Of a stretch of 64,000 nucleotides of DNA, positions 12,057 to 26,344 are shown piece by piece. Below the pieces are notes generated by a model, which was given only the letters and a program-made list of their open reading frames with translations, did no database searches and was not told the origin of the DNA. A program made the position numbers and the translations under genes. The stretch is from Azolla caroliniana (Eukaryota > Plantae > Polypodiophyta), in NCBI GenBank assembly GCA_043228905.1, contig JBHGNT010000005.1, positions 22,382,001-22,446,000 of the forward strand. Direction: 5' to 3'. Positions within the stretch are counted from its first letter, which is position 1, and each line of letters starts with the position of its first letter.

Positions 12057-15000
12057 GATGATGATGATTTCTTTGGATCAATTCCTTCTTCTTACTCAAT
12101 ATATCATTTATAGATGTGTGTTCAAACTTATCCACCTATGTCACTTGTGAATTGGGGTCGTCAATTAGTCTATTGGTAGCAAGGTCGGGCCCGATAGTCT
12201 AGTTATTTGGCAGAAGGATCAGGGTTGGAGTCGGTAGTTTAGTCTACTATTGCATAACATGTTTTAGAAACATTATGGGCTTGACACCTCACAACACATT
12301 ACGCGCCTGACACCTAGCGAGACGATATGTGTTTAGCTTTCGGGAATCGATTACATGTTGTGGCTCTCCACATTGAAAAGATTGACTTTTCAGAACATGC
12401 CCCCACCTCACAATGGTTTGAATCGAGGGCGCCCATTGGGAGATTTGATCAATCGCTTCAAAGTTTGGGAAGCATTCTATAACTTGCCATTTGGTTATAT
12501 TTATGTATGTAAGTGGACCCCCATAGAAATCTATATTGATGTATGTTTTCCGCTTCTCATGCAAATGTTATCCCTTTCCTCAATTTTTCACTATTTTAAA
12601 TGTTGTTGAGTGGAAACTCACCAACACATTTCCTTGCCAAGGCCCAAGAAGCCCAACTAATCTTGATTTTAATTGATCAATCAACATCAAGCATTAAAAG
12701 TCATAAACAATCTCTTCAATTCAGTCAAATTGAGTATTGATGTATATATTTTATGTACATAAATGTGTGTGGGCGTGTCAATTTTTGGGAAGTTTTGTTT
12801 TGTTACATCTCAAAATTGAAGGTTTGCATTTCAACTCCAAAATTTTAACTAACTTTTCCGGACATTGTGAGTAGATTTTACATTGATCTTGAGTCCTTTT
12901 CAAACAAAGGCTTTTATATGGGTGAAAGAAAGGAAAGAAAAAAGAGAGACTTGAAAGTGACAAGTATGCAGAATTAAAATGAGTTTTGTTCCTTCAATTT
13001 GGCATGCGGAAGAGAGTAAATAAAAAATGAGACTTGAGTGAAAATTTTGACAAGAAAAAACAGATTGCATCGTAGAATTTGGCCTATGTCAGGAAACAAG
13101 TATGTCCCTTTCACATTAGCCCAGAGATCAAACTTTGTGTAGATAAGGTGCAAACCAAATCGTCACTTTCTAAACAATGTCTACATGATATTCCCACTTT
13201 CGATTATTGATCAATAATAACACCAAGGAATCAACTAAAATTTTGTATGTTGGGCCGCCCAAGGATTCAATGTTATGCTAAAAAAAGTCAATACACTTGT
13301 TATAAGAAAGTTGGCATAATAAAAACACTTTTGCCTCATTTACGTGAAGAACACGCCAATAAATTAATGCAATGGTAAAATATGTAGTGTGATTCGTCAT
13401 CCATGTATGGATATTCATGAAAATATCCAATTTTATCTAAAACATTGTGTTTGATATTATCATGTGCAATTTGCATCAACATGTGCATTTAGTACACAAT
13501 AACATGCAATTTAACCCGCCTAATTTCAACATGTCTAATATAGGAGCTCTCGCTTCTAGTTCAAAAATCTCATAATCATATTGTTGCGCAATCCAATTTA
13601 CTAGCTTAAACGATAAGGCACCCAACCCTATATCAAGTTTTGATTGTTTTTGCAACATTTCCGTAGTATCCTTGAGTTCCCACCCTTATCTTCAACATGA
13701 CACCCTGTCTACAATCTTTGCAAATAACTCTACATTGCTCACTTATGCAATGTGTAAAGTATTCAAAATATCATTGTAATTCACAATACTAGATAACTAA
13801 GGTCACAATGAGCTCTCTCCAGTTTTGCATAATCATGTTTTGTCTCTAACAATTTTGGGCTCACTTTTACTACCATGTCTTGTTGATGAAACATTGCATT
13901 CAATGTTTAGGTAGCTAGTTTTATTGTGCCTTTGCATCCTTTGTGTCATGCTAAGAAATTAGGATGCGTACTCCACGGCACTCCTATCTTCCATTTGGTT
14001 GTAATGTTGTTGTTTTAGGGGTAATGAATTGTTCCTAGTAGGATCCTCAAAGCATTCCTTCTTTATCTCGATGCAAAGAAGAACACGTGGGTAAGAGCAA
14101 TGTCCTTGAATGCCTACCAGAGCAACGTCTAGAACTTGATAGTTGATTCCATTAACTACACATGATTTCACCCAATTCCCCTCATGCTCATTCGTCAACT
14201 TCTCATGGAATCTCGAAGAGGTTCCTTAAAAATAATGTTCGCCACGTGGGTGCAATCGATCTTTTTAACCTTCATTACAAGCAAATCTAGGGTTGAATGT
14301 TTAGGAGTGAGCTAAGTTGATTGGAGACGGGCTTAAGGTTTAGTTCATATGCCTTCAAATGGAGGAATGTTGTGACTTTTGAGTGTTGACCCTACCATTT
14401 ATAAATATGGCTAGAACTCATCCAATAGTAATGTTATTTCACGAGTCTTCAGATCATCGCCACATGTCATAATGAATAAATAGTATTGCTATTTAACAAT
14501 TACCCATTATTATAAAATAAAAAATGAAAGTAGTTATCGAGAGTGTATTGAAATTGCCTTGATATTTGTTTCAAGGTTTCATGTGTCTTTACTTGATATG
14601 TCGAACATGAAAGTTTTTTTTTACATCTTCTTGGTTGTGTAATTGTTGTGTCCATAGGAGAGACCAATGGAAGATAATTAAATTTAACCTATAAAACTTC
14701 ACATGATTTAATATTTATAACTTCCTTTTAATATGTGTGTGTGTGTGTGCATACATGTATCAAGATGTGTGTTTGGGGCAAAGATGTAGACCATGCACTA
14801 CACATTTTGACAAATTTCCTTGATGCAATGCCATTTCTAGGTTTTTGAACTATTGAGGGGTTTCAAAAGAATTCATATATTTGGGTCATTCAAAAAATAT
14901 AACCACCCATTCAAATGTGAGCGGTTAATCTCTTGATGATATCTAAGAAATACAAGATCATTCATAAAAGAACACAATACATGACGTGTCATTCTAAAGT

Positions 15001-15155
15001 GACCAGAGAATTGGTGAGGATTGAAGTTTTGACATCATCTACTCATGGTTGATGAATGAATTAATCTATAGATCAAAATAACTATAGTACAGGAAATCCA
15101 CTTCTTTGTTGTTTACGACATGTTATCATAGTCAAATATATCGTGACTGTGACTG

Positions 15156-15275
15156 CCCATTTTTCACGAAGAATGTTGTAAACTCGTATGGGTTAGTGAT
15201 AAGGATGCAATGTCCCATTTTTCACGAAGAATGTTGTAAACTCATATGGGTTAGTGATAAGGATGCAATGTCCCA
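15156..15275. repeat. 58-bp tandem duplication
   Basis: CCCATTTTTCACGAAGAATGTTGTAAACTC(G/A)TATGGGTTAGTGATAAGGATGCAATGT occurs twice (starts 15156 and 15214). Confidence 0.9.
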
Positions 15276-16605
15276 ATCTGGAAGGAAGATTTTGAATGGA
15301 TTAAACATTGACTGTGAATTTAATAATAGGTCTTGAAAACCTCGATGTAGTGATGAAATGTCACATGACAAATCATTTATGATTAAAAAAATCGTCATTG
15401 CCTTGCTAAAGCTCAAAAAATCTATTCCAGCACCAAGAGAAATGACTAATTGACATACCTATGAGTCCTAAGCATGCATAATCACAACAACACAATGAGC
15501 ATATTCATATGACAATATCACGAAGAGGTTTAAAAGCTCCAAACCATGTATCTATACCCAATAAATGATGCATCATGGGCACTATATTACGAAATACCGA
15601 AATACAACATTGTTTTTTCATGACTTCCAGATTGAAAAGTAATTGAACCACAAAATACGAACAATTATGTTTTCTTGAATGGTATATAGTTAGGCCAACT
15701 ATAAGTTCGTGAACTAGATAAATAGGTTATAATAAGCAAGAGAAAATATTAAATTATAATGGAAAATATGATAACCTCTTCTTGGAGGATTCTTGTTTAA
15801 CATGTATTGGAGGATGGATAAATTAGATATTTTGTATTATTTCCTAGACAATGATTGGTTAACATGTCTATCTATTTACTATCCAGGTAAAATTTGTTAT
15901 TCATTTTTTATTGGTGACCAAAACTCATGATCAATGACATGCACATGGTTGTCGAAGATAGAGCTTTGTTCGGATTTTGATGCCACGAACAACATAGACC
16001 TATGATTCATGAATATATATGCCTAATATGCTGCTCAAAGTTGACAAGTCATAGAGGATGGATGAATCAGGTATTGTGAATTAAGCCTTATATGATGATT
16101 AGTTAGCATGTCTATGGATTTAAGGTCTAGGTCAAATTCACTGCTTACTTTTGACACGTTACTTGAAACAAGCCAAGGGCTAGTGACACCCACCAAGGGC
16201 TAATGATGTATATGGGTGTGGAAGATGGAGTGTAGCCCGGTTTTCGCCAACAAGGAAGATAGTAGTAGTTCACCCACCAACTATGTATGGAGCATAGCAT
16301 GTCTACTACTATGGGACGAGCAGTTGTGAGTGCGTTAGCAGGAATCATGGCCGATGATGTGATGCATACGAGCATGGAAGATACGTGACGGGAAGTTGTA
16401 GTCGACAAGGGTTTAGGGTTCGGACTTCGATTGACACAAACATACATGATAGGCATATGAAATATGTCAAGTCTCGTGATGTTTCGATGCATGGACATGG
16501 ACATGGATATGGACATGGACATGCTCCCATCCATCTTGTGATTGAAATGTCATTGTTTTTTCCTTTGTGCCTTGGGGGATCCAAAGATAATGGCTTTAGG
16601 GTTGA

Positions 16606-16656
16606 AGAGAGAGAGAGAGAGAGATAGATAGAGATAGATAGAGATAGAGATAGATA

Positions 16657-16697
<41 letters not shown>

Positions 16698-16748
16698 CTC
16701 TTTTGTTTTTCAAAATTGGGGGGAAAAAAGAACACATATTTTCAAGTT

Positions 16749-16787
<39 letters not shown>

Positions 16788-16807
16788 GAGAAGAAGAAGA
16801 AGAAGAA
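16606..16807. repeat. compound (AG)n/(AGAT)n/(GAA)n microsatellites upstream of the kinase gene
   Basis: Directly visible. A further (CT)n tract lies at ~16985-17013. Confidence 0.9.
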
Positions 16808-16982
16808 GTACCAAAAACAATCAGACAGAATGACTCTGTTTCTTCTCTCTGTCTCTGTTTCAAAATGCTCTGTTTTCCTCTGTCTTGTTTCAAAATCCTC
16901 TGTGCTCTCTTGCAAGCAATTTGTTCTCTTAGCTTCCATGAAACTACACTGTTCCTAGCCTCAAGAAAAAACCCCTAAATAG

Positions 16983-17016
<34 letters not shown>

Positions 17017-17162
17017 GAAACAGAGATTTTATGTACTGATAGTGCCAAAGCAGAGTGTTTCTCTTTCTAAGACAGAGCGTTGTTACTAATAGTGCCCACA
17101 ATAGAGTGCTTTTCCCTGAAACCAGAGCATTGTCACTCATTGTGGCCAAAACAGGGGAGGCT

Positions 17163-20041
17163 ATGGCCAGAAGAATGACATTTTCCTCACCACAGAGTAG
17201 CCCAGAGAAGAATGGCAACAATGTTTCCATCGCTATTCTCAGTGTCATCTCTGCCTTAGCAGTCTCTGCTTTGCTTGTAGCTCTATTCTACTACCTCTAC
17301 ATGCGACAGAAAGTGAAGAAGAAAAGCCATGGTCAAGGTAGGTACTCAAATTTCCATTCACTATTTTGATCGGTAAAAAGGAAAAATAATAGTCTTCTTT
17401 CAATGTCTTCTCAAAAGATTAAGCATTGGAGAGCTAATTTTAATGCAATGTAACGCAATTTGATTGTCCCTCTTATCCAACAGATGGTTTAAAAGGGTTC
17501 TTCTGATGATACTTTTGTTTTGTTCCCTTTCTTGCAAACCCCAAATCTGGCGTTTTTATTGTTATAGTTGATGAATGCATATGCATATTTATATATATTT
17601 TAAACCTAAAGTTGAGTTTTAGATGGTCCTTTCCATGATTGTATGATTAATATTCTTGTCTTCCCTAAAGCTGGAGTTTAGATGGTCGATTTGATGGAAG
17701 TAGAAATGTTTTTTTTACCCTCTTCCTTAAGCACTTCAGTTTTGAATTTGATAAAGCAGGGTTCAAGAGTGATTCTGCGGGAAATTCAGCTTCAAAAAGT
17801 GCAAAATATGCGGCAGGGAAACATTCAGCTGCACTTGTTTTTACATACAAGCAGCTACAAGTAGCTACCCACAATTTCCATGATGCAAATGTGGTTGGCC
17901 GAGGTGGGTTTGGGACGGTGTATAAGGGGGTGCTGCCTGATGGAAGAACAGCTGCAATTAAGCAACTTGATCAGAGTAGCAAGCAAGGAGACTTGGAATT
18001 TCGTGTGGAGGTATGTTCTCATTGTGTAAGTTCACACAATATGTGTGTATAAGAAAGTATAGATTACCTTGGGCACTTTATGCTGTGGCAACTCCCATTC
18101 TTTTCTGAATATGAATGCAAGATCATGACACCAATATGGTACATTGGTAGATGACTAGGATGAGTTAATGTGTCTAGGTGCCTTATGTGGCGACAACATT
18201 ATAGCTGTTAGCTAATAATCTAATTTTAGCTGGAGAGCCTAGGAAGGATATGGTTAATCTATGTATATGGCCAAAAGTCCAAGAGTAGTTAGATATCAAA
18301 GAAAATCTAGGGATAAACTACTTTTGGCATGGCATATGTGATATGGGTCAATGGTGAATCTACATCTATGTTTTTCAGGAATAATTTATTATGATTTTGT
18401 TCACGAGTGGCTTATATGATTTGAGCAATACTGTGGTATGAAACCAATTATAGGTTGAGAGCCTGGGAAAGCTAGGGGTACTCTATCTGGTGTGCAACAT
18501 GGGGTACAGGTCAATGTCAGGGTGCTAAATCTAAATGTATCATTGAATAATCTAACAAGAGTATACAGGTTGCTTATAGTAAATCCAAGCATAGCTTACT
18601 CATATTGTGCTAGGATGTGAGTGTGTCCTGAGAATTTTTACACATTTCGTCTATTCTCCAAGATCAATTTTATTAATGACATATTGGTATTGTTTCACTT
18701 CTATATATGTAGGTAGACATGCTGAGCAAGTTGCACTCTCCCCATCTCTTGGGGCTTATAGGCTATTGTGCTGACCAAACCCATAGAATCCTGGTCTATG
18801 ATTACATGTCAAATGGCAGCTTGCACGAACATCTTTACTCGAAAGGTATGATTATAATTTGCAGCACTTCCTACTTTCTTTTCTTTTCTCAGGTTATGTT
18901 AAATTTTTGCAATACCTATTCATGTTTCTTGCATAGTAATACTTATGCCTATTGTTCTCCATGCATCATATTCTTGTGATAAATTTCTAGCCATGTAATG
19001 TTATAGTTTAATAAAAGGTTTTTTTCAAATCTTATTTTTCCACATGAAAAACTCTAAAGCATATGATGGTTTTCTTTTGTTGATGAAACCCTAATATCCA
19101 ATCTTAATGTGGTTATTATCAGGAATACCAGGTAGCCCTCTATTTCTAGATTGGGAAACCCGAATGAGAGTAGCCCTTGATTCAGCAAGGGGACTAGAAT
19201 ACCTCCATGAATGTGTAAACCCTCCCGTAATACATAGAGATTTTAAGAGTAGCAATATACTTCTTGATGAGAATTTCAATGCGAAGGTCTCAGATTTTGG
19301 GCTGGCGAAGCTTGGATCTGATGAAATCGGTGGTCTTGTATCGACTCGAGTTCTAGGAACTCATGGATATGTGGCACCTGAGTTAGTTTTTTCATCATTT
19401 TGCTTAACAATATTACATATTTCATGATAGACAACCAATGACAATATTTTGTTGTTATTAGGTATGCAATGACAGGACACTTAACAACCAAGTCAGATGT
19501 GTATAGTTATGGAGTAGTGTTGCTTGAGTTGTTAACAGGTCGGGTTCCTGTTGATATGAAAAGACCCTTGGGGCAAGGAGTTCTTGTATCATGGGTAAAC
19601 AATTGTTAGTTTGAGAAAAGATGGATCTTGTAGTGATACCATTTTCTCGTCTTTTACCTTTAACAAAGGATTTGATATGCTTTTCAGGCATTACCTCGTC
19701 TGACGGACCGGAAAAAGCTTGCTGAGATGGTCGATCCTCTCCTTGAAGGACAGTATGCAATGAAAGAGTTGATACAAGTGAGTGAAGAACACTTATATTT
19801 CTTTTCATATCAAAAGATTGCTCAATCTTGTATATATGTATGTATGTATGTATGTTTGTAGGTGGCTGCAATAGCTGCAATGTGTGTACAACCTGAGGCG
19901 GATTACCGACCTCTTATGACGGATGTGGTGCAATCTCTCATCCCTCTTTTAAAGAGCAAAAGTGTACAAAAGATTGCGGCGACCAATGAATTGCAACACC
20001 AAAATGTGACCTTCAACCCATCTTCAATGGACAATGCTTGA
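17163..20041 (+). CDS. membrane-anchored RLK/Pelle Ser/Thr kinase with little or no ectodomain (PBL7-like annotation type), 7 exons
   Basis: Exons: 17163-17337, ~17682/17760-18010 (acceptor ambiguous), 18713-18845, 19123-19381, 19462-19594, 19688-19777, 19862-20041, all GT-AG. TM segment [23 protein letters not shown]. Motifs [60 protein letters not shown]. Confidence 0.93.
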
Positions 20042-21402
20042 TGATCCAATTTAGGCGTGTGCTGCTCTTTTCAAATTGGTACAAATAGTGCATGTTAAAT
20101 AGAAACAAAAAAGCCATCTATTTGCTACAAATGCTACGAGAGATAATGGAAAGGATTTTAGAGACAATGGAAACATGGGAATCCTTAGGCACAATGCCAT
20201 AGTGCCATCCTCAAGAAAAACTCATTGAGGTTTTTTGTTGCATATATATATGTCCAGAAGGATGTGTAATTGAAGTTTTTTGTTTCATATAAGCGTGTTA
20301 CACATTGGCATCCCCGAGAACTCATTTTATTGTGTATTTGACATGGGGCACATCCATAAAACCTTTGATTACATGCTTCTCCCCAGGCTTCTGATGCATT
20401 ATTAATTGCAAACAAGTACAAGTGTCAATCGCCAAGTCTCGAATTTGTGTTGAATTGATTGTTTTTTTAAAATTTTTGTTTTTAGTAATGTTTCCATGTC
20501 AGAGGTAATCCAGTTTGCTTAATATTAAACAAATATCTATCCCGTGATATTTTTTGGTTCTAGAGCTTGTAAATAAGGATTTGATACTTACTATTGAAAA
20601 TTCTCGTTTCAAAGCCTTTTGAGCAATAACTCAAGGCTAAAAGCTTGGAAACAAGAATATGGGGTACTTTGCATTGAACTCTTGTTTCAAAGCTGACTAT
20701 TGCAAATGAAAAGTTTCTGAAGATTTGGATCCGTGAGCCAAATGTCTTTGGTGATCAGTATATTAAATGGTTTTAAATGATAATATACAAAAAATGTATT
20801 GATCGGTGTTTCCAATGAATCTTAAATCCATGAACTTTGCAAACAACAGTAAAAAGTTTGCTTTTGTTTTTACGGTGTTTGAAATCAATTTATTCTTTAA
20901 GACTCATCTTGTTTTACAATGTCTCTACAGTGTTAGAAATCCATGATCGGTGTTCTTTACCAGTTCACCTGATTTCTTAGGGCTCTTCAAAGTTAACAAT
21001 TATTAATAAGGCCAGTTATAGACAATTATTGATAATGGTTAGGCAATGCTTTAACATTATTCAATCATAACTCCAGCATATTTATTTGTAGTATATATCC
21101 CCAATGATGCAAACCATGTAGACAATTGCTAGTAAAACTTGATTTCAAATGAATTAACTCAATCTAGTGTTGCACAATCTTAGAGCCTTTACATTATCTC
21201 CGCAAGAATCTTGTGCAAAGATTAGATATTTTATTGTGCTGTGTACATGTATTATGCAAGCCTCACTCTTTCAAGAAATCCATCAACATGGAATCCTCTA
21301 TTATTTTGTCACCTATAGAATCCCTTATTGTCACCATTCAGTCATTTGATTGATATACATAGGTCTGTAATGACAAACTATAAGAAAGTGATATGATAGT
21401 CA

Positions 21403-21424
21403 TATATATATATATGTATGTATG

Positions 21425-21463
<39 letters not shown>
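21403..21463. repeat. (TA)n/(TATG)n/(TATATG)n microsatellite
   Basis: Directly visible. Confidence 0.9.
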
Positions 21464-21465
<2 letters not shown>

Positions 21466-21653
21466 TTTTCCTTTTTACATATATTATGATAGTAGTATAC
21501 ATTTATAGGACAATGGGGGCATATGCTAGTACCAATAAATGATTGAGATCACACTAAATAACACCATAGTGGCTGTAGCATAGAGAAGTAGGGTATTCAA
21601 ATAAACTTAGAAAACATAGAGCAAGTTATAGTATTAGCTAGGTACGGTTTCGC

Positions 21654-22340
21654 TCAATGATAGATGGCGAAATGGCCGGGTAGCAATAGCGGAGGTAGAA
21701 GGGTGATGTCCGGCACAGGGGTGTCGGCCAAGAGTCCGGCGTATATGTCCACCTCGCCCATTCGTAATGCCCCATCATCATCATCATCTTCTCTATGGTA
21801 GCTATGGTGGCCATCAATGGAACCAACATAGGGTCCACTACTACTCTTGTTACAATCATAGAGTCCATCCACCATGGAACTGGAAAAATCCATGGATGAA
21901 TTTGAGGATGGGCATAGCAATTGGTCCAAGTGATGGCCAATTGTCCCGGAGACGGACACCATGGAATCGAGGATGTCCATCATTTCCTTGCCGCGGACCT
22001 CGACCATCGCCCCGTTACTGCAGATGTTGAGCTCGCGGAGCGTGTTCCAATAGCGGGAGCAGATGTCCGATCTCCCGGTGAGCTTCTGGACCAATGATGG
22101 GAAGCTCGCGCTGTCCGTCTTGACAAGGACGGGGTCGAAGATCTGGACGACCTTGAGCAAGCCATCGCCATCGCCATCGCCATAACCGCCTGCGGGATCG
22201 GGCTTGGCCATGGCCACTGTGTGCCCGTAGTAGTCTTCTGGATCGACATGGGGATCCATCTCAGCTTGATACTGTAGTAGCAGCCCATGATTGGATTGGG
22301 GCCTCATGTGGGTGGTAGAAGGGGGGTTAGTCTTAATCAT
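21654..22340 (-). CDS. VQ-motif protein
   Basis: Intronless 228-aa ORF containing KVVQIFDPVLVKTDSASFPSLVQKLTG (FxxxVQxLTG). GC-rich against AT-rich flanks; TATA-like tract at ~22450-22460. True start codon uncertain. Confidence 0.88.
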   Translation of the reverse strand: MIKTNPPSTTHMRPQSNHGLLLQYQAEMDPHVDPEDYYGHTVAMAKPDPAGGYGDGDGDGLLKVVQIFDPVLVKTDSASFPSLVQKLTGRSDICSRYWNTLRELNICSNGAMVEVRGKEMMDILDSMVSVSGTIGHHLDQLLCPSSNSSMDFSSSMVDGLYDCNKSSSGPYVGSIDGHHSYHREDDDDDGALRMGEVDIYAGLLADTPVPDITLLPPLLLPGHFAIYH

Positions 22341-25300
22341 ATGTGATTACTTCTAATTAATCATATGTCATTAGTGCTCATCCTCAATTGTGATTAGTTC
22401 TAATTATTCATATGTGATTAGTGTTAATCATGGCTTTTACTTAAAGCCATTTATATATACACATGAATTTTCTAAGACCTACATAATTTCCTTGTCCTAA
22501 AAACAACAACAACAACAACAACAACAACAAACAAAAGCTAAGTGCACATTACCAACCCCAATATCCCCCCCATCTCCTTAAACCTACTAGATATTCACTT
22601 TTCGGACAGTAGGGCCTAACTACGCCTTGGGTAGAAACCACATGATGTGTTAGTGCGGTGTTTGATGAGATGTTATTTTATATAGAGGTATCATACACGT
22701 GATCATGGGTCGGTATATATTGGTGTATGGTTCAAGGTTATATGGTGGTATCGTACATGTGATCGGTTCATATGCTAGCAACGCATTTTTGTCGTGATAT
22801 TAAGGTGGTATTGTAATTGTCACATTTATCGCACCTTTCGGGGAGGTAGGGCAGATGTGCATCAATTTATCGCAAAGGGGGCGCACGCGCACACACACAC
22901 ACACACACACACAATGAAGCTATCACATGTGTGCAATACACCTTGAACCCCTTGCCATTGATGTGCCATGTATGACACATGCAATATGTCATACATGTTG
23001 ATGCTAGTACTAATTACATCGTTGATTCGCTATTATCATTGGCATCAACATGTTGCTTTACACAATCCATAATGCAGGGCAAACAAATCTTTATAGCATT
23101 CTCTAGTATCATGTTTGTCATGATCCAATTATGTTGCCACGTGACTTTTAGGGCCGTTTACAATACAGTAAATAAGTGCACCATCAACATCGCTACTTAC
23201 TCAATCCCAAATCCCACCTTTGCATGATTTATTGCGCTCCATGCTAATCCACAGTATGTAGACCTTCTACCAGAAAAACTTCTAAAATAAGTGCATCATC
23301 AATCAACGTCTTGACTAACTCCTCATCTCCAAACCCCACCCTTGAAGTGCACAATTTCCTCGTATTCCACCAAAAGGACTTGGCACGATTAAGAGTATGA
23401 CAATTTCAACATACTTAATGTTATTAATAACAAAAAACACGATAATGCACCCGCACACAATGCCACCAAACCTTTGCAAGAAAATTTTGACTTGTGTATG
23501 TAGCAATGACGCGATCGTGCACGTAAACAGAACGCGCAACATGAATCAACATAATAAATTCATATGTGGACAATGTGAACAAAAGTATCCAGACACTTTG
23601 ATTGTTAAATATAGATGTGAACAACTTGTTAATTCCACTTTCCACAGATGATGGTTTGAGTGGTAAATTTTAGTTTTACTTTTAGGTGCTCTGACTCTAA
23701 ATCAAGAAAATTTCAACCATATGGAGTTAGCGTAATTATCCATGTTTTGTACACACGCTTCAATATTTTTTATGGTGTGCCATCTTGAATCTCATCTCAT
23801 TGATGAGGAATCAAGAATCATGAGGGGCAATTGTCCCATCCCTTAGTAGCGTCATTCTAAAACCACATTTACACACAAACTAGAAATTCATTGTGTCTTC
23901 ACCCGTACCATATGTGTTTAAGATCCATGTAAAATGGAAAACATTTGCTCTCTTTGCCAACGTTAATGATTTCTTTCGGTTTTGTAGGAGATTCCACGTG
24001 AATAGGCACTTTCATATGGAAATTTGTGGGCATTTTCCTTATGAATTAACTTAAATAATTTAGTTGTGTACATTCATGCCATTGCTTTATTTGACCACAT
24101 GTTCCCCTAAAGGCTAAGATCATGCCCCAAGGTGGGAATGTGTGAGAGCCCCCAAGGTGAATTTTTGTCATGTTGTGAACCATGCTCGTATTTTGACCCA
24201 TGTAGTGCAAGAAAGAGTTCAATCATTGACGGTAAAAAAATATTGTGACGTCCATCAAGTTTTGAATTAAATGGGATATGAGTTTATGGTCTTTATGGTT
24301 CCTAAATTATATCTACTTCTTGAAGATGAAGGTGGCCTAATATAAATGCCCTTAATAGGTTCATATGATATGATAGAGCATAAGTTTGAAGGTATCCTTA
24401 GATTCCTCTTGGTTTAATACTTGCTTAAATACATTGATTAATTATGGATGCCAATATGAAGGTTACAATGTTTTTAGCCCATATTTAGGCCTACAAAGTG
24501 CTTGCAAATAAGGTAGTTTGTGGTTGCCCATATTGGGGCTTATGATTGTACCCATCTAACAATCTCCTCACTTCTTTGAGCTTTTTGATCCCTCTTTTTT
24601 ACTACCATTCTTGTAAGGCCGCATATTTGCTGAGTTATTACCTTTTTGTTTATTTATACATACTGTCTTGTATCTATAGTAATTGGCCTAGACCCCAATC
24701 GCACACACCCAACTAGGTGTTGGGCATAAAAGTGCAAGGGCAGATGAGATTAAGTGTCATACAAGTTAGAGGGGTATGGTTAATAGTTGTATTGTGCAAG
24801 TCTTCATGTTGATTATGGTCGCCACATTAATTATGAGCTCCCTAACAAGGCAAAGAGAATTTGAGGCTTGGTGGTGGTCATCTATATTTTGACTAACTAA
24901 ATACAATTCAAAATGGGTCACTAATCAACAACAAGCAAGGATCTAAACCTTGTAAAAATTTAGAATGGGGCGATAATAATGCACTCTATCAATGCTCTCT
25001 TATTGTTTCACAAACAATATTGATATTTTTTTGGGTTTTAGAGTATGCAAACCAATAAGAATTTTATAACTTTTTTTCATCTACCTTTTAGTCCTAAATT
25101 ATACGACATTTACTAGAGCACGCAATCGACTCCACGCCCATCGATGTTTGAACTTTGAGATATTAAAATTGTAAAAGATCTAGATGAATCAAAGGAAGAG
25201 CCATTATATAGTAACATATGTTGTCAATGCTTTTTAAACATCGAAGGTACCTAGAAGGGAGAGGAATCAAGCTTTAAAAAATCTCCCACATATGATAAAG

Positions 25301-26222
25301 GCATTCGTCATTCAAAGCATGGAAGATAATGAAAACGAGAAGTAACCAATAGGAGGTAACATGTAATAACTTGTAGAAAAGGCTCATATGTATTGAAGGA
25401 TGAGCCATGCGCCCTGAAAGTCCGGGATACCACATAGGGAGTGAGAGAGTGTCATGGTAACTGGAGAATGAACATGGATGAGATAGATGGATGACATTCA
25501 AGAAATTCGAGAGCACGAGCGAGAGAAGGGTGGAATGTGGAGAGATAATTACGTAGAAAAGGGTGTGAAAGCAAAGCATCCAATAATAATAAAAAGCAAG
25601 GACGTTTTCACTCGCCCAAGGTTGTAAGTTCATAGAATCTTATATGGTTGGGAAAAGGAAGATGCATGTTTTAACTATTTTTTTGATGCATGATGATATT
25701 ATTATTATTACTTTAAGAACCTAAAGAACTCACGTTAAGCTATTCGAGCTCATTGGTAAACCCCAGTCACATCTCAAAATTTGAACCTCTCTGCAAGTTT
25801 TTCGAAATTCAAACATGATGGGATTCAATGCATAACCCATGAATAAGAAGGAAATTTAAATGGCCGTAAGACATTTTAGGATTGTTTTGGAGGGAACTAC
25901 TACGAATCCTAACCTTGACGAAGATGATCTCCTTGATCCTAAGAAATATGTTTTTGCTGTATTTTCTAAAGATAAAAATGGTGTGATTCATAATTATCTT
26001 TGGTTTATGATTACTGTTGTATAGGTTCTTAGTGTTTGTACAAAGGATCATGATCCATCAACCATTTTCAAACATGATCTCATGAATTGTGTCTTAGGGA
26101 ACAAGTAGACGCAAGCCACCTTTGACATCATGGGCACAAAAATCGTGACTGTTCTCGTACGCCATTTGAAATGGAAATCTACTTTGCGCCACCATAGCAT
26201 CTCATTCAATCTTGTTGTAAAT

Positions 26223-26268
<46 letters not shown>

Positions 26269-26344
26269 GTAACACTTTTATTACTAGTGGGAAACCTCAA
26301 AGTGAGGTGAAAACCCACAAACAATAAAGAAAAATATGCAAGTG

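Noticed and set aside
13050-14250. decayed minus-strand coding-like region (ORFs 13476-13658 and 13959-14198)
   Set aside because: Probably a TE relic, but there is no motif I can assign with confidence.
16424-16473. possible miRNA hairpin (TTGACA...TGTCAA), and GTGCTCTCT at ~16902 resembling a miR156/529 site
   Set aside because: The stem is too short and imperfect, and the miRNA similarity is only ~9 nt.
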